A DNA stretch of 64,000 bases from Octopus sinensis (lineage: Eukaryota): positions 187,860,001 to 187,924,000 of the forward strand of contig NC_042997.1 of assembly GCF_006345805.1 (NCBI RefSeq), read 5' to 3'. The notes under the pieces are model-generated. The model was given only the letters and a program-made list of their open reading frames with translations, did not search any database and was not told the DNA's origin. Of the stretch, positions 10,441-23,846 are shown one piece after another. How positions within the stretch are numbered: position 1 is the first letter of the stretch; every line of letters starts with the position of its first letter. A program made the translations under genes and the position numbers.

Positions 10441-10619
10441 TACCCAAATTTTGCAAATTTTAAAAGCTAATAACTTTTTAATTATGGATTTATAGGAAAA
10501 ATTAATTTCATTTTCATAATTAGTATACAAAACTATCCATTAAGCAAATTTAAAAACAATTGGAATAAAATCGTAAACAGTGACGAAAGCCACTAGTTTC
10601 CTTGGATGCAACTATTTTA

Positions 10620-10920
10620 CTCTACGTAATTGATCGGCCTGCTGCATGTCATTCATGAGTGCGTGTGGCTTAGTATCATATATCATACTTTCGCTAATTG
10701 TTTTGCGTAGTTGTGAATAGACACAGACGCAATCACCCCTTAACTCAGCGGCACATCTAGGACAGCTGAGGAGACAGAGCTGTACCCACATCCAGCTGGT
10801 ACTCATTTACAGCTAAGTGAAGCAACACCTTGCTTAAAGATAGATACTGCGTGCCGCTCGTTCAGGAACTGAGCCTACGACCTTATAATGGTGACCCGAA
10901 CACACTAACCCAAAGGTCAC
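10620..10920 (-). mobile_element. old tRNA-derived SINE (third family)
   Basis: Minus strand tRNA-like head (GGTTAGTGTGTTCGG..GGCTCAGTTCC) followed by TTAAGCAAGG..AGCTGTAAATGAGTACCAG. Confidence 0.5.
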
Positions 10921-11064
10921 ACTACAAATAGCATCCAAATTTCCATAAATCATCATCTACTGTCTTAGAGGAACGACATTTTGGTTTATATAGACCTAGG
11001 TATTCTATTTGGAAATAAAGACCAGATACTTACACCAACAAAAACTTACTTCAAATTTTATTTC

Positions 11065-11280
11065 AAGTCACGAGAGAGCTTCTAACGCGTCACTCGACCT
11101 GTCAGAAATAACAACCAAATCTACCTCACATTACATCTTACCATCACTGGAAAATAAGAGAACGATACATCTGATACTGAAATCATAGATATCTTTAAAT
11201 AGACAGGATAGTCATATCTGGAATGCCTTTGATCGTTAGTTTGCTCAGTGAAGGGTAACCTCGTCATAAACAATAATTTA
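11065..11280 (+). repeat. interspersed repeat carrying the AGAAATAGCAGCCAAATC motif
   Basis: Diverged copies at about 10920-11040 and 28975-29120; the same motif forms the arms of the 5744-5861 palindrome. Confidence 0.5.
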
Positions 11281-12921
11281 CTTCATGGCGTAAAAACCAC
11301 GTGTTTACAGTTGTATCTTTCCTACAAGTTTTAATTTTATCTAAGTTCCAAATGCTCTTTAATGATTGTTTCTCATCTATACTTCAGACATGACATCAAA
11401 GTTCAAATGAATTAATGTATGAGAAAGGTCTACAAACATAATGATGTTCTGAACCCTAGTGGAAGAAACTCTTGGAAACCACTTGAACTGTTGCACCCTT
11501 GAAATTTCAAGTCTTTGCCCATCAAAACAAGCTTATTACAGACGACACTTTGTAAACTAGAAGAAATAATTTTATTAGGTAGCAAAAGCTATTAATATGC
11601 AGGATGCATTCACAACTGATTTATTCTTATATTATCTACAAAGGAATCAAACAACTAGCCGCACACATCTATACCGGAAACTAGCTTACTGACATAAAGG
11701 CAGTCAATTACGACACCCTGTCACATAGGTCGAACTTGTGCAAAGTAGGGAAGTGATACATGTGCAGCAATATACATTAAAACACTATGGGGTTGTATGA
11801 AAAGAGATCTGTAGACATTGATATTTTTATTTAAGGTTACACACACGTACAGCCGTTTATCTTAATCGCCTCACATACTGACCTTTCAGCAGTCCATTTT
11901 ATCCCGCTTTCACGAATATTTTTCTTGTAAGACGAAAGAAAAGCAAAAGAAAAGATCTACAAACAAACTGACTCAGCCGTAGGTAAGGAGAGGACAAAAG
12001 AAATCGAGAAGCAGACAGAAAGATAAATAAAATAAAGACATAGAAGAAGGTGTCATGTGAACCTTTAACAGCAGCTAACAATATTTTGTTAGCACGTGGA
12101 GTGACACAGACAAGGCTTGTTCGGTATTTAACAGATTTACGAAGAGACCCCCTCTTCCTTTCAGTCACTGACTGACTTCTCTGAACCATCCCCTACCTCT
12201 TCCGCAACTCAACTCCGACGAAGAATACACCTCACTAGCAGTCAGCCATGAACTTTGTGTTAATTCCTTTCTTTACAACAGAGATACATTTTTGTTATTG
12301 TTGTAGTAATTCTGTAGTGAGTGCTCCGAATTTGTCGCGGTTTTCATTTCATACGTTTTATTTTATTTATTATGCTTCTTGTTAAAACTTCACGCACAGT
12401 CCACAAGTCTACCATAAAAGCTTTTCTAAACAATACAATGCAACTCTGTTACCTGAGATTGAGCAGGTGGTTTAACGTTTCAATTGAAATTTTATAGAAG
12501 TACCAAACCCAATATCCGATGTCAAACAGAGTTCACATTTTTACGATTACAATTTTTACGGTGATACAAAATGACTCTATTTCAGTCCAAACAGTAATTA
12601 AGTTGAGCTTCCAGTACCACGACTATTAGTTGATCTGAAATCGCTAAATACAATAGAACTGTGTGGGAAATGACAAAAAGATAAATAATCTATGCTTAAG
12701 GCTATATATTTAGTATTTTAAATAATGTTTCTTTTTCTTCTTGAACATTATTTATTTTCAGCAACTCTAATTTTAACTTTTAATGTTACTATAATTTTAA
12801 ACAATATTATCTTAAAACAGAGATTATTACTGCGAATGTGTATAGTTAGTTCATAGTGAAGTTCCCTGTGAATGATATCAGCGATGTGATTTTGATTCTC
12901 GCTTTGAAAAACTCAAGTAGT

Positions 12922-13275
12922 AGGCGCAGGCATAGCTATGTGGTAAGAAGTTGGCTTTCCAACCAAATGGTTCCAGGTTCAGTCCTACTGTGTAGCACCT
13001 TAGGCAAGTGTCTTCTACTCTAGCCCCAGGTCAACCAAGGCCTTGTGAGTGGATTTGGTAACAGAATGAAACCTGTCATATATAAATATATGTGTGTGTG
13101 TGTCTTTGTATTGGTTGTTGGATGGTTACGTTCACGTAATGTAATTGTTCAGTAAAGAGATTAATAGAATAAGCACCAGGCTTTAAAAAAAATGTTCATT
13201 TGACTAAAATCCATCAAAGCAGTGCCCCAGCATGGCTGCAACTCAATGACTGAGACAAGTAAGAGATGAAAGAGT
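12922..13275 (+). mobile_element. SINE family A, full length
   Basis: Head GGCGCAGGCATAGCTATGTGGTAAG, B box, internal (TA)(TG) tract and tail GCATGGCTGCA..GAGACAAGTAAGAG. Confidence 0.88.
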
Positions 13276-13350
13276 TTAATGCTATTAAGGAAGATATGAA
13301 AGTTACAACCTCTTGTTTTGCATTTCTTTTAACTTTTGTTCAAATAAGTT

Positions 13351-14341
13351 TGTAGCGGTCTCTGATATCCTCACTGTTTGAGAGACACGGCAGGAATGAT
13401 CTCGTTTGAGATTACAGCCATCTTTGGCCGAGCTGTTCCTGTTGTGTCCACTCAATTGATTGGTTGTCTCTACTTATTTCGCGCCACTGTCCAAAGCCAA
13501 CCAATCACGGCCTTTGGTTAAGGTCCCTTCTCCTAGGCTCTGTTGAGCCACCTTACTTGTATATAAAGGAATGTTCTCAGTATACTTGGTCTTTGGTTCT
13601 AGTCCTTCTAAGGACTAACCTCTGACCACAGAGCTACTCAACATGCTCCAGTTCCAGCGACAGACGATCAGCCACGACGACGCTAATGTACACCCGCAAC
13701 AGAACGCCTTCTATCTCCGCCGCCGTCGTCACCATCATTGTACCAACTTCAAGTCGTCTCTACCATCGTCGCCATCACCATCGCCCACTTCAGACATGTA
13801 CGCACCAACCTCACAGATCCACGCTGTTAGAGTGAATCCCTTCACCAAGTAAAACAGTCCATCTGAAGAATTCTATATTAAGAGAACCAGCTCGGCGATT
13901 GAGACCACGACCGCGGCTCGACAATATTCGCCCAACCGGTCTCCGCCCGAGACACAACATCTTGATATTGAACTCTTACACATCGTGTACCTTATGAACT
14001 GTAAACCAATTTCCATCATTAACTCTATGCTCTGTACTTTCTGTGTCACACGCATTCATCCTTATTGTATCTGTCATCCACACGAACACACAGACACAAA
14101 CACGTGTTGCATGCACACACACACACAACACTTGCTAGCGCTCACAACCTTTTAACCTTAACACCATTGTAAATAAAATGATATCTATCACTCAAACAGT
14201 GGAACGGCTTGTCGTCATTCAACTATATTCTGTTGGCACTGCATTGTATAAATTGTATTATGGCTTATCTTATTTCGTTAGGGATGCGACCGTGTGACTT
14301 ACCTATGTCACCAATCTCCACATACGGTCGTATTTCCTACA
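13351..14341 (+). mobile_element. solo-LTR-like element (Gypsy-type)
   Basis: TGTAG..CTACA termini, 4-bp TSD AGTT (13347-13350 and 14342-14345), TATATAAAG near 13560, AATAAA near 14172, GC-richer than the flanks. Confidence 0.78.
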
Positions 14342-14559
14342 AGTTTTACATTTTAATACCACTTGTTTCAGGAAATAAATAAGTCAACCCCACCCACCCC
14401 AAAACGGCAAAAATTCTAAAAAAAACAATTTTTTTGTTTCAAAAATATTATTTCTATTCATTTGTTATATGTATAAGGCCAAAAACAACAGGCCCATCGT
14501 ATGCTTTAATGCTAAGCTTAAGTAGTAAACTGATTGCTTGAATGTATTCATTCAAGATC

Positions 14560-15760
14560 CATTATAAAACAAACAATGTGGTGACCAATGAGCACAGGAA
14601 GAAAGAAGCTTGGGGTTATGCCAAAGATCCTCATCAACAAAGTCATCCTTAAAGAAGCGAAGAAGTACCGACGAAGTTTTATAACTCATGGCTAAACTAA
14701 ATGAAGATATCAATGTCCATCACTCATGGATACTATAGTGACTACACTTTACCATGGTCAGCTGCTGATCATCCACAGGGCTATCAATAAGAACTGAAGC
14801 TTCTATTATAGTCACTAACAAAATAATATTATTGATAAAATATTATGGACTGTTTGTCTGTGATGTTTTTCGTCCTAACAGAGAACCACTTGTCAACTCC
14901 AACAAGGAAATGCAAAGGTTATATGATATGAGTTACAGAAAAGATGAAAACTAATGTTACCCATACTCTTGTATTTGAAAATTATTCACAATTCCAAGGA
15001 ACAGAACTGGTCACATTTTCAAGGGACATGGGGATAGAACTAAGTTAGGATAAGCGCCCATATTTGGTAGTTAATTGCAATAAGATAGCTGACCAGACAA
15101 GGAATATGGATACCAATGGCTTATCTGTCTCTCTTATCTCTAATAATAAATGCTACAAGTACCTTGGGGTTCCTGAGAGTAATGCATACACCGGTCCTGT
15201 GAGTAAAGCTCTTAGAGTGACAGAAGAATTATTCAGCAGACTTTTGTAAGGTATGGAAGTTAGGTCTGTCTACATTCAATAACTCATATCCCACAATGCT
15301 TTTGTGCTAGCACCAACATTTGTTGGACACTTGAAGAGAGATATTAGAAACTACTGGTCAGTTCTACACCAACAGTGACACTGACAAATCTATGTTAAAT
15401 GGAGGAATGAAGGAAGAGACTAATAGTTGATGCAAAATGGCCTTTATTATTCAGGCTAATTCTACTGAAAAGTAAAGAGAGAAATGAGTTTATCACATGT
15501 GTGCACAATAGTAAAAATAATACCATCTTGAGATTAGGTGAAGAACTCTTTCATAGGTACTTATGAACCATGAGTAGCAGGACTAATCTACATGAACAGA
15601 AATTTATGCACGGGTATCTCAGATATCATAAGAATAGCAGCTTCTCCTGGACCTGTAGTGAACATGCCTTTGCTACCCAAGAACAGAAGATAGGTACCAA
15701 ATTCCAGATCAAGAGAAATAGTAAAAATAAGTATGACCCCAAAAGTTAAATGTGTAACAA
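14560..15760 (+). pseudogene. highly decayed R4/Dong-like non-LTR retrotransposon RT
   Basis: Traces of LINKVIL, YKYLGVPE and FATQEQ, collinear with the better preserved copy at 46190-48090. Confidence 0.55.
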
Positions 15761-16254
15761 TTATTGTTGTTGTTATCCTAATTCCAACAATAAGACTTTT
15801 TTTTTTTTTTTTTTGCTAGAAACTAGCTTCCTCCTTGTAAGAAGAATGCTGATAAATTAAAGTAAGGTAAGTGTACACTTGAGTTTAAATCGTTTCAATG
15901 TTTGATCACTGAAACACTCAATTTTGACTGACAAAAGTGAAAGTGAAGTCAAAAACTCGAGGATTTCAAAATTTTACACTACACATCAAACCAAACCTGG
16001 TAATATGATAAAAGGTTGGAACTGAGGGTTACAACGCATCTTTGGATTATTGAAACAGAAAAGGAAAATCTAGTGAGAGAGCCTTACAGATGGTCACTCT
16101 ACTAGCTAAAAATAGTCATAGCTATGTTGTTATAGTTTATGTCACAACACTGCAATTTGATCTCACCATCTGGCACCTTGGGTGAGTATCCTATTACTGT
16201 AGCTGAAAGTTGGCCCAATGTCTTGTGAATGGAATTTGATGTGTATGCAAAGGT

Positions 16255-16600
16255 ATATCTTTTATCTATTAGTTTTACTTGTTTCATTCATGTGCTAGGG
16301 CACATCTTTGAAGAATTTTAGTCAAATGAACTGACTCCAGTACTTATCTTTATTTTAAACCCAGTACTTATTCTATCAGTCTTTTTCTTTTGTTGAACCG
16401 CTACATTATGGGATGTAAACACACCAGCACCAGTTGTCAAGCAGTGGTGGAAGACAAACACAGACATAAAGACACACACACAATGATGGGTTTCTTTCAG
16501 TTTCTGTCCACCAAATCTACCTTGGTCAGCCAAGGTACCATACAGTGGGACTGAACATGGATCCATATGGTTGGGAAGTAAATGCACTTCTAACAACAGA
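16255..16600 (-). mobile_element. SINE family A (with an adjacent plus-strand fragment at 16150-16250)
   Basis: Family A tail and body in reverse. Confidence 0.75.
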
Positions 16601-16962
16601 GCATAATTTGGGTTTGATACTTTTCTCCACTGGACTTGATGTTCCCTCATTAGCAATATGCTGGTGATAGGCCTGCCATGATGACCATTATTGGTTACAA
16701 AAGAAATCTGAGAAAATAATAGAACCTACAAATAATGAGCTATTTAAAATTTATTTGTAAATTAGTTCAATCCTTCATTTCTTTTTGGCAAATTCATCGA
16801 TCACTTTGATAGAAAATGTATTAGCACCATACTATCTTCATCTTCTTCAAAAGGCCTTTAGTCATGGAAATGGCAACTAAATTACTCATCTCTTCATTTT
16901 GAGAACACCTCATATAATTATCTACTAGCTTTTATGAAGAAAGCGATTTCTCACAGTAAGTA

Positions 16963-18179
16963 TTGAGTCATCCCATAAATAATGTGGGTTTTTTTTTCAA
17001 TTGCATGAACTAAAAGTCAGAGGGGGACAGGATAAACTACCTGCATCAACTTGTTATAAAAGCAGGAAGTCATTTTACTTTGGTCTTATTCTGAGTGCAA
17101 ATTTTGAAGAGTGCAGTTCAATTTTAACAGTTATTTTTCCAAAGTTATAATCAAAGTGACAAAGCATATTCAGAATATTTTGCTTTATGAGTTCAAAAAA
17201 AGTTAACCACACGATGGAAAGTGCGAGGAATAATGATGCAGTATATGGGGATTGGACAACGAGCATAAGCTGGAAATTACAGCCTAGAAAACAAGCTTCA
17301 TCCTGGAAGATCTGTAGAGCTCGACAAGGACGTCCTGCAAATCCTGGTGGAACAAAATCCCAAAATAACTGTTCGGGAACTAGCAGAGAAGCTTAGATTT
17401 GGTCATTCAACCATTCGCCGACACCTGTGTGCCATTGGAAAAATCAACAAATTAGGTTAATGGGTCCCTCACAAACTTTCTGAGTCTAATTGCACGCAGA
17501 GAATGAATGTGTGCTCTTCTTTGCTATCATGTCTCATGAATGAACCTTTTTTTGACTGAATAGTGACTGGTGACAAGAAATTGGTTCTCTATAAAAATGT
17601 GAAGCACCAAAGACAGTGGGTAGGGAAAGGAAAAACTCCAGCACCCCAGGCTAAAGAAGGTCTTCACCCGCGTAAGGTGTTGTTATCTGTTTGGTGGGAT
17701 TTGTAAGGTTTAGTGCACTTTAAACTTTTAAACCCAAACCAAATGATAGCAAAAGAGATCTACTGCGAGCAGTTTGAGCGGATTAAGTCAGTGCTAGAAG
17801 GAAAATGACCATTTTTGGTTTCAAGACGAAAGGTGTTCTTCCATCAGGATAATGCTCAGTAACATACAGCAAGGATGACATTCCAAAGGCAGTTTGAATG
17901 GGAAACGATGCCCCACTCAACATATTCACCAGACATTGTCCCATCTGATTATCATTCATTCCACAGTTTTCGAAATCATTTGGATGGAAAAAATATGAAT
18001 TCAGTAGTCAAGGTCAGAACAGTACTGGAGGTGTATTTTTCATCACGGACAAGTGAATTTTGGAAAAGGGACCTTACAAGTCTACCAGATAGATGGAAGA
18101 CGGTTTTAGAAATTGAAGGAGAGTATATTTTAGATAAAAGAAGTATAAAAAAACACACATTATTTATTGGATGATCCAA
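16963..18179 (+). mobile_element. mariner (DD34D) transposon, full length, inactive
   Basis: TIRs TTGAGTCATCCCATAAATAATGTG / CACATTATTTATTGGATGATCCAA, TA TSD, motifs WVPHKL, IVTGD, HQDNA and YSPDIVPSDY, with stops. Confidence 0.93.
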
Positions 18180-18189
18180 TACATGTGGC

Positions 18190-18900
18190 AGGTATGGTCA
18201 AAATCAGATGTGATTTTTGTTACTTCAGCCAGACCTTAATTTAGTTCAAGCTCCCAAATTATGTCAGCGACTTATTGGATGTTTGACACTTGCTTTGCAA
18301 AATCTGCAGCATAAACTGATTTCCTCTCACATTTCCAATCCTTCTAAATCCAATATGCTTTTACAGACATTCAAAGATGAAAACACTTCCATCAATACTT
18401 TTTTCATAAGTGTGAAAAAGCTTCAGATTCAACAATTCAACAAATCTTTGCTCAATGTGAACAATAGCTTCACTTGAAAGTCCAGATTATGTGCAGTTGG
18501 CATTTTCCTTCATGAAATCTAAATGCAATGTTAAACAATCATTGTATTCTGCTACTGCTTCACGTATAGCCAGAAAATTACCCTTATTGTTTGATTCCTG
18601 TGTTTTATTGTGTCCTTTAAATGGTAACTCTTCATAGGCCTGAATTTCAATACAATGAATTAAACTTTTCAATATATCATGATTTTTCTCAACTGATCTG
18701 TTATGGAACTGAATTGAAGCTGCTTTCCGGTAATTAATCACTATCAATTTGTTGTCAGCCAAAAGTGTTTAGAGCAATTATGGAATTTAGATGGTTCTGA
18801 GATTTTTGTATTTTGTCAAATGATCCAAATTGCAGTAGCCAGTTGTTATCCATGTGTTCTTATGCTGACAAAATAATAGACATGAGAAACAAAAAAATTT
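18190..18900 (-). pseudogene. hAT transposase remnant (DUF4371 / ZMYM1-like)
   Basis: ORF 18487-18762 LPFKGHNKTQESNNKGNFLAI matches the LxxRGHxE..NxGNFL signature. Confidence 0.7.
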
Positions 18901-18909
18901 GTTCAGAAT

Positions 18910-19465
18910 GGCATAGGAGTGGCTGTGTGGTAAGTAGCTTGCTTACCAACGACATGGTTCCAGGTTCAGTCCCACTGCATGGCACCTTAGACAAACATCT
19001 TCTACTATAGCCTCGGGCCGACCAAAGCCTTGTGAGTGGATTTGGTAGATGGAAACTGAAAGAAGTCCGTCATATATATGTTTTTCACTGTTTGATTTGC
19101 CTAATAGTGGTTTTATCTTTAATTTAATATAATATAATATAACATATTTATACTATAAAGTTGGATTTAATCCTAGATCTAATTTTTCCCTGTAAGTTTG
19201 GATTTATTCCCTAATATTATTATTATATATATATATATATATATGTACGTGCGTGTATAAGTTTGTGTGACTGTGTTTCTCCCCCCAACATCGCTTGACA
19301 ACCGATGCTGGTGTGTTTACGTCCCCGTAACTTAGCAGTTCAGCAAAAGAGACCGATAGAATAAGTACTAGGCTTACAAAGAATAAGTCCTGGGGTCGAT
19401 TTGCTTGACTAAAGGTGGTGCTCCAGCATGGCCACAGTCAAATGACTGAAACAAGTAAAAGAGTA
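18910..19465 (+). mobile_element. SINE family A, full length, with a ~145-bp insert in its TA tract
   Basis: Near-consensus head and tail; extra segment 19080-19224 absent from other copies. Confidence 0.9.
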
Positions 19466-19600
19466 ATGGCGACATCCTGTAATTCACTCAAACTCTTCAT
19501 AATACTTAAAATAAAAATAACGATGCCATTCCTTACTGCCCACTTTGGTTTTGGTGGTCCTTCAATGTCCATGCCACCTCAGTCTTTGCCTTCTCAAACA

Positions 19601-19653
19601 GGTGCACCACCGAGCACAGGACGAATAACTGGAAAGCGTCAGTATCCTCAAAT
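19601..19653 (+). CDS. possible coding exon (GAPPSTGRITGKRQYPQM) in a Pro/Ser/Gly-rich frame
   Basis: Acceptor tctttgccttctcaaacAG and donor ATG|GTAATT; open frame with protein-like composition extends upstream; no partner exons found. Confidence 0.3.
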
Positions 19654-20087
19654 GGTAATTGTTTTGCTTCCTAATAGTTTCGTGCCAGCGCCGCCTTGCT
19701 GCAAAGGTCAAGAAAGTACTGAGTAAACTGAACTAATTGACTCTTTTGCCATCCCGGGGGTGAATGAAAGTGTGAAAAATGTTATTGAGTTATAATCTTT
19801 TTAAATGAATCAAAGCTTTATTCTAACAAAAAATTTAGGTGCTAGTTTACTTTTTTACATAACTATTTTTAGATAATTTTAAATATTTAAAATTAAATTT
19901 TAGAGCATTGGTATGGATAAATGGATGCAAACCTAACTTTTTAATCACAAAAAATAAATGTTGCCAGTTTCTTCTTTTTTCTCCAAGTGTGTACTAGTCA
20001 AGAAGAAAACTCTGAGGTCATATGACTGAATTTGGGTCTTAAGAAGGGATCAAAAATATTATCCATGGGTTAAAATCTTTTAAAAAA

Positions 20088-20472
20088 GCAGGCATGGCTG
20101 TGTAGTAAGAAGCTTGTTTCCTAACTACATGATTCCAGGTTCAGTCCTGCTGTGTGGTACCTTGAGCAAGTATCTTCAACTACAGCCTCAGGCAAACCAA
20201 CACCATGAATGAATTTGGTAGATGGTAACTGAAAAGAGCCTGTTGTATATATATATGTGTGTGTGTCTTTGAGTCTGTAGTTATCTGCCACCACCACTTG
20301 AAAACCGGTCTTGGTGTGTTTATGTTCCCATAACTTAGTGGTTCGGCATGAGACCGATAAAAGAAGTGCCAGGCTTAAAAAAAGAACTGGGGTTAATTAT
20401 TTAACTAAAAATTCTTCAAAGTGGTGCCCCACCATGGCCACAATCTAATGATTGAAACAAGTAAAAGATAAA
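20088..20472 (+). mobile_element. SINE family A, full length
   Basis: Head GCAGGCATGGCTGTGTAGTAAG through tail GAAACAAGTAAAAGATAAAA. Confidence 0.88.
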
Positions 20473-20697
20473 ATATATACTTTTTAATACTGAATAATCA
20501 TACAAAATGAACCAGGATCAGTAATAACACAAACTTACAAATTGATTAAATACTCATTTATCGGCCAAATCTGTCCAACTATGAGGAAAGCTTTAAGTCC
20601 TTTGAAAGTTTTTGATCTCTGCTGCACAGGGCAGTAAAAATATCAGCACTTCAAGAGAAAATATGTTGACAGCTTGTTGCTAGCTAACATGGCTAGA

Positions 20698-21015
20698 AGG
20701 CAAGTAGAAAAAAAATCTGCTTTTCTCTTGACCACTCACTTGTTTGTTTTATGTTCCCTTCTCAGAGAGAATAATAGAATATGAAGGTACTAACACCATT
20801 GCTTCTTACCAAAAGCAAGCAGTAAAAAATCTGTTGTTCTCTCTCTTGACCACTCACTCACTCATTTGTTTTGCCTCTCATTTTGATGCTCCCTTCTTGA
20901 AGCGGATAATAGAATACAGAGAAACTAACATCCCTGCTTTTTTTTACTCTGACTGAAAAAAGGCAGGAAAAATCTGTTTTTCTCTGTCCTTCACTCTCTT
21001 GACCTCTCACTCATT
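20698..21015. repeat. degenerate tandem repeat, about 115-145 bp x 2.5
   Basis: AAAAATCTG..TCTCTTGACCACTCAC..ATAATAGAATA..ACTAACA recurs at about 20710, 20824 and 20968. Confidence 0.7.
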
Positions 21016-23846
21016 ATTTTTCCTTCTTTTCTTGCTAAGGAAACAGGAACTTTCACTACTTACACCTGTTAAATAATATTGGTTGTTTACAATTTATACT
21101 AAGAAATGAAGGAATGGGAAATACATGAGTACAAGGAGAACAGTGAAAAATTATCAATAAAAAATTCTATATTACACAAAAATAATTTATCCTGGAAAAA
21201 CAGTAAGGCATGCATACATAGACCCTTCACTCCTGATATAATACAGCAGAGTAGTTCAGGTAAAAGACCTTCCCTAAAGAGGTTGCCTAACAAGATTCTA
21301 AGCTCCTCTTCTCTATACTAGTCATTTTCATTTCAGAGTGACCAAGCTCCTAGATGGACGACCTTTCTAACAGATGTAAAAGCCACATCTTTCAGGGGGT
21401 GGGTTCAATTTTTGGTTGAAACCATTTTGTTTTATTTTTATATTGCTATGCATTTTAGGATCACACACAAAAAAAATTAAATTACAACGGTTCACTTCCC
21501 TAAAAATACCTTTATTTCATTCATTAACATAATTCAAATCAATATCTTACTAGCTTTGGGCATTTTATTCTACTTTAATGGGGCAAGTTGTCTGCTTGTA
21601 ATAATAAAACAACACTGATAATGATATCCAAACACAATTTACCCAATTGAATTAGTTGAAGGGAACTTTTGACTACATCAAATTATTGTTGATACCCTCA
21701 ACTTTTTTTCTTTTCACATCCTGAGAGAGTATAACAGATTAAACACCAGACCTTTCTCCACTGACATTATTTGTAAACCAAACACTGAATTGTTTCTAAC
21801 TGTATAAATAGTCAACCCATTTCAAATGTGAAAACCTTTTTAATTACTGTTCACAACAGCTTTTAAAACAAGATTGAAAAATATTGCATTACATGATCAT
21901 TACTTTCACAGAACATGATCATTATATACGCATTACTTTCACCAAGCATTAACATTATATATTTATTATTTCCAGAGAATGCTATTATTATACATTCATT
22001 GTTTTCACAATCACTATCATTATGCATTCATTATTTTCCATGAATACTATCTTTATTCATTCATTATTTTCATAAAATATCACTACCAAAGGACCATTGC
22101 ATTCTACAAATATAACAAATTCCTCTTTTGTTTATTTATCTGTTTATATATGCTTGTTTCCTTCATTTGTTGCTCGCCTCTCAAGCTCAGTAGTTGAATA
22201 CATACGTCTACTTCCTTCTTATGACAAGAGTAATTGGCTGAAGTTAAGAAATAACTCATAACAGCAAAAATAATCGATTTCATAGCAGACTTGGTCATTT
22301 CATTTCAAGAAATTGCAAGCTAGATATGGCTTCTGAATCAATTCTCCAAGGTAATAGATCATTTGGGCCATGAATATATTGATCGTACTGTTCATTCACA
22401 GTTGTTGTTGAAATGGTAATTCAATCATTGTATCAACACTTTCAGCTTGTGTTATTGCACCACATTACTAAAATCTACCAGGTTTTCCGATTACGCCCTT
22501 TGAAAATGTACTTATTCACACAATCATTAGCTTACACACTAAAAAGAGAAGAAATCAAATTATTCTTTATAAAAACCTTTATCATCTTAGTATTTTGGGG
22601 TATAAATTCACTTCTCATTGAAGAGTAAATTATTAGGCATTTTTTTCATATTAATGGCTTTATTATTGCTACTGTTTTTCAACTGAACTTACTTAACTTC
22701 ACTTATGCCATTAACACTCTTGGGCATTTCTATTCTTTTGTCCTAAAGACCACAGGCTTTATATCTAAGACATTATTAGTACGTTTACTATTGACCGACA
22801 GTAATTTCTCTGGTAGTTATATTATTTCAGGACACTCTTACCTGTTTGTAACACTACTCCTAACCTAAAAATATTTAGTACTTCAGTGTTTTTGATCTTT
22901 AAGAAAAGTAGGAATGGTGTGCATAATGAAATATACTGACTATAATTGAGGAATGATTTTACTATGGTTTGAATTCAAACCCTTTTTCTTTGCAGCAAAA
23001 CATATTTAAGCACTATGATAATTGAAAGGCTCATTACAATAAAGATTTTTTTTTAGAGCTCTTTCAGTAATCATAAAATATGGATTGCTTGCTTTACAAT
23101 CGTTTCAAAAGGTAGGTAAATTTTTTATGTCATTTGTCTCTCTAATGATGTAGGGCAGTTCTGCTAGAACAGATCTATACATAAAAGCCACTGAGATCAA
23201 TCTAAGATAATCAGGTCCAACAGCCAGCAGTGTACAAACTACCATGCAGTAACTGGTCATGTGTGTATGTTTGGGGCAGTTGGATTATGTATTTGTTTTG
23301 CTGTCCAATCCATTTACATAGATATAGTGTAAGTCAATAGAAGCGTATACAAAGGGAAAGAGACCCAGTAGGTGCAATGAAATTTGAATTTCTTGGGATT
23401 CAGAGAAGGTGACTGGAAACTCAACTCAGAATTAATAATGATTAATATAGCAGCACTTTTGGTGCATTAGTGAATTTTTATTGGTCTTTATCAAATGTGA
23501 GCAGGGACAAAAATGTGTTTTTTAAAATAATGTTTTGATACTCTGGAGTGCTATCAACATATTGGAAGTTGCAAATGTACATGAGTTGAAAGAAGCATGA
23601 GGCAACATCTGCAGACAACCTCATCATATTGCACTGTACAAATGATGTTATAGAGTATTCCTTGTCTAGTTATCTGGACATGTATTTGAAAGTGCTAATA
23701 TTTTAATCATATTATTAGTGTAATAATTTTGTACATAACTTGTACATATTTTTGGCATACACAATATAAAATAATGTCTGCAAAGTACAAAACTAGAAAT
23801 ATATTCTGATTTTTAATAAGTAAACACAAACATTCAGAGATACATT

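Noticed and set aside
11883-12240. CpG-richer stretch with an AAG|GTCAGT donor on the minus strand
   Set aside because: The ATG is followed by a stop after 3 codons; an exon cannot be supported from sequence alone
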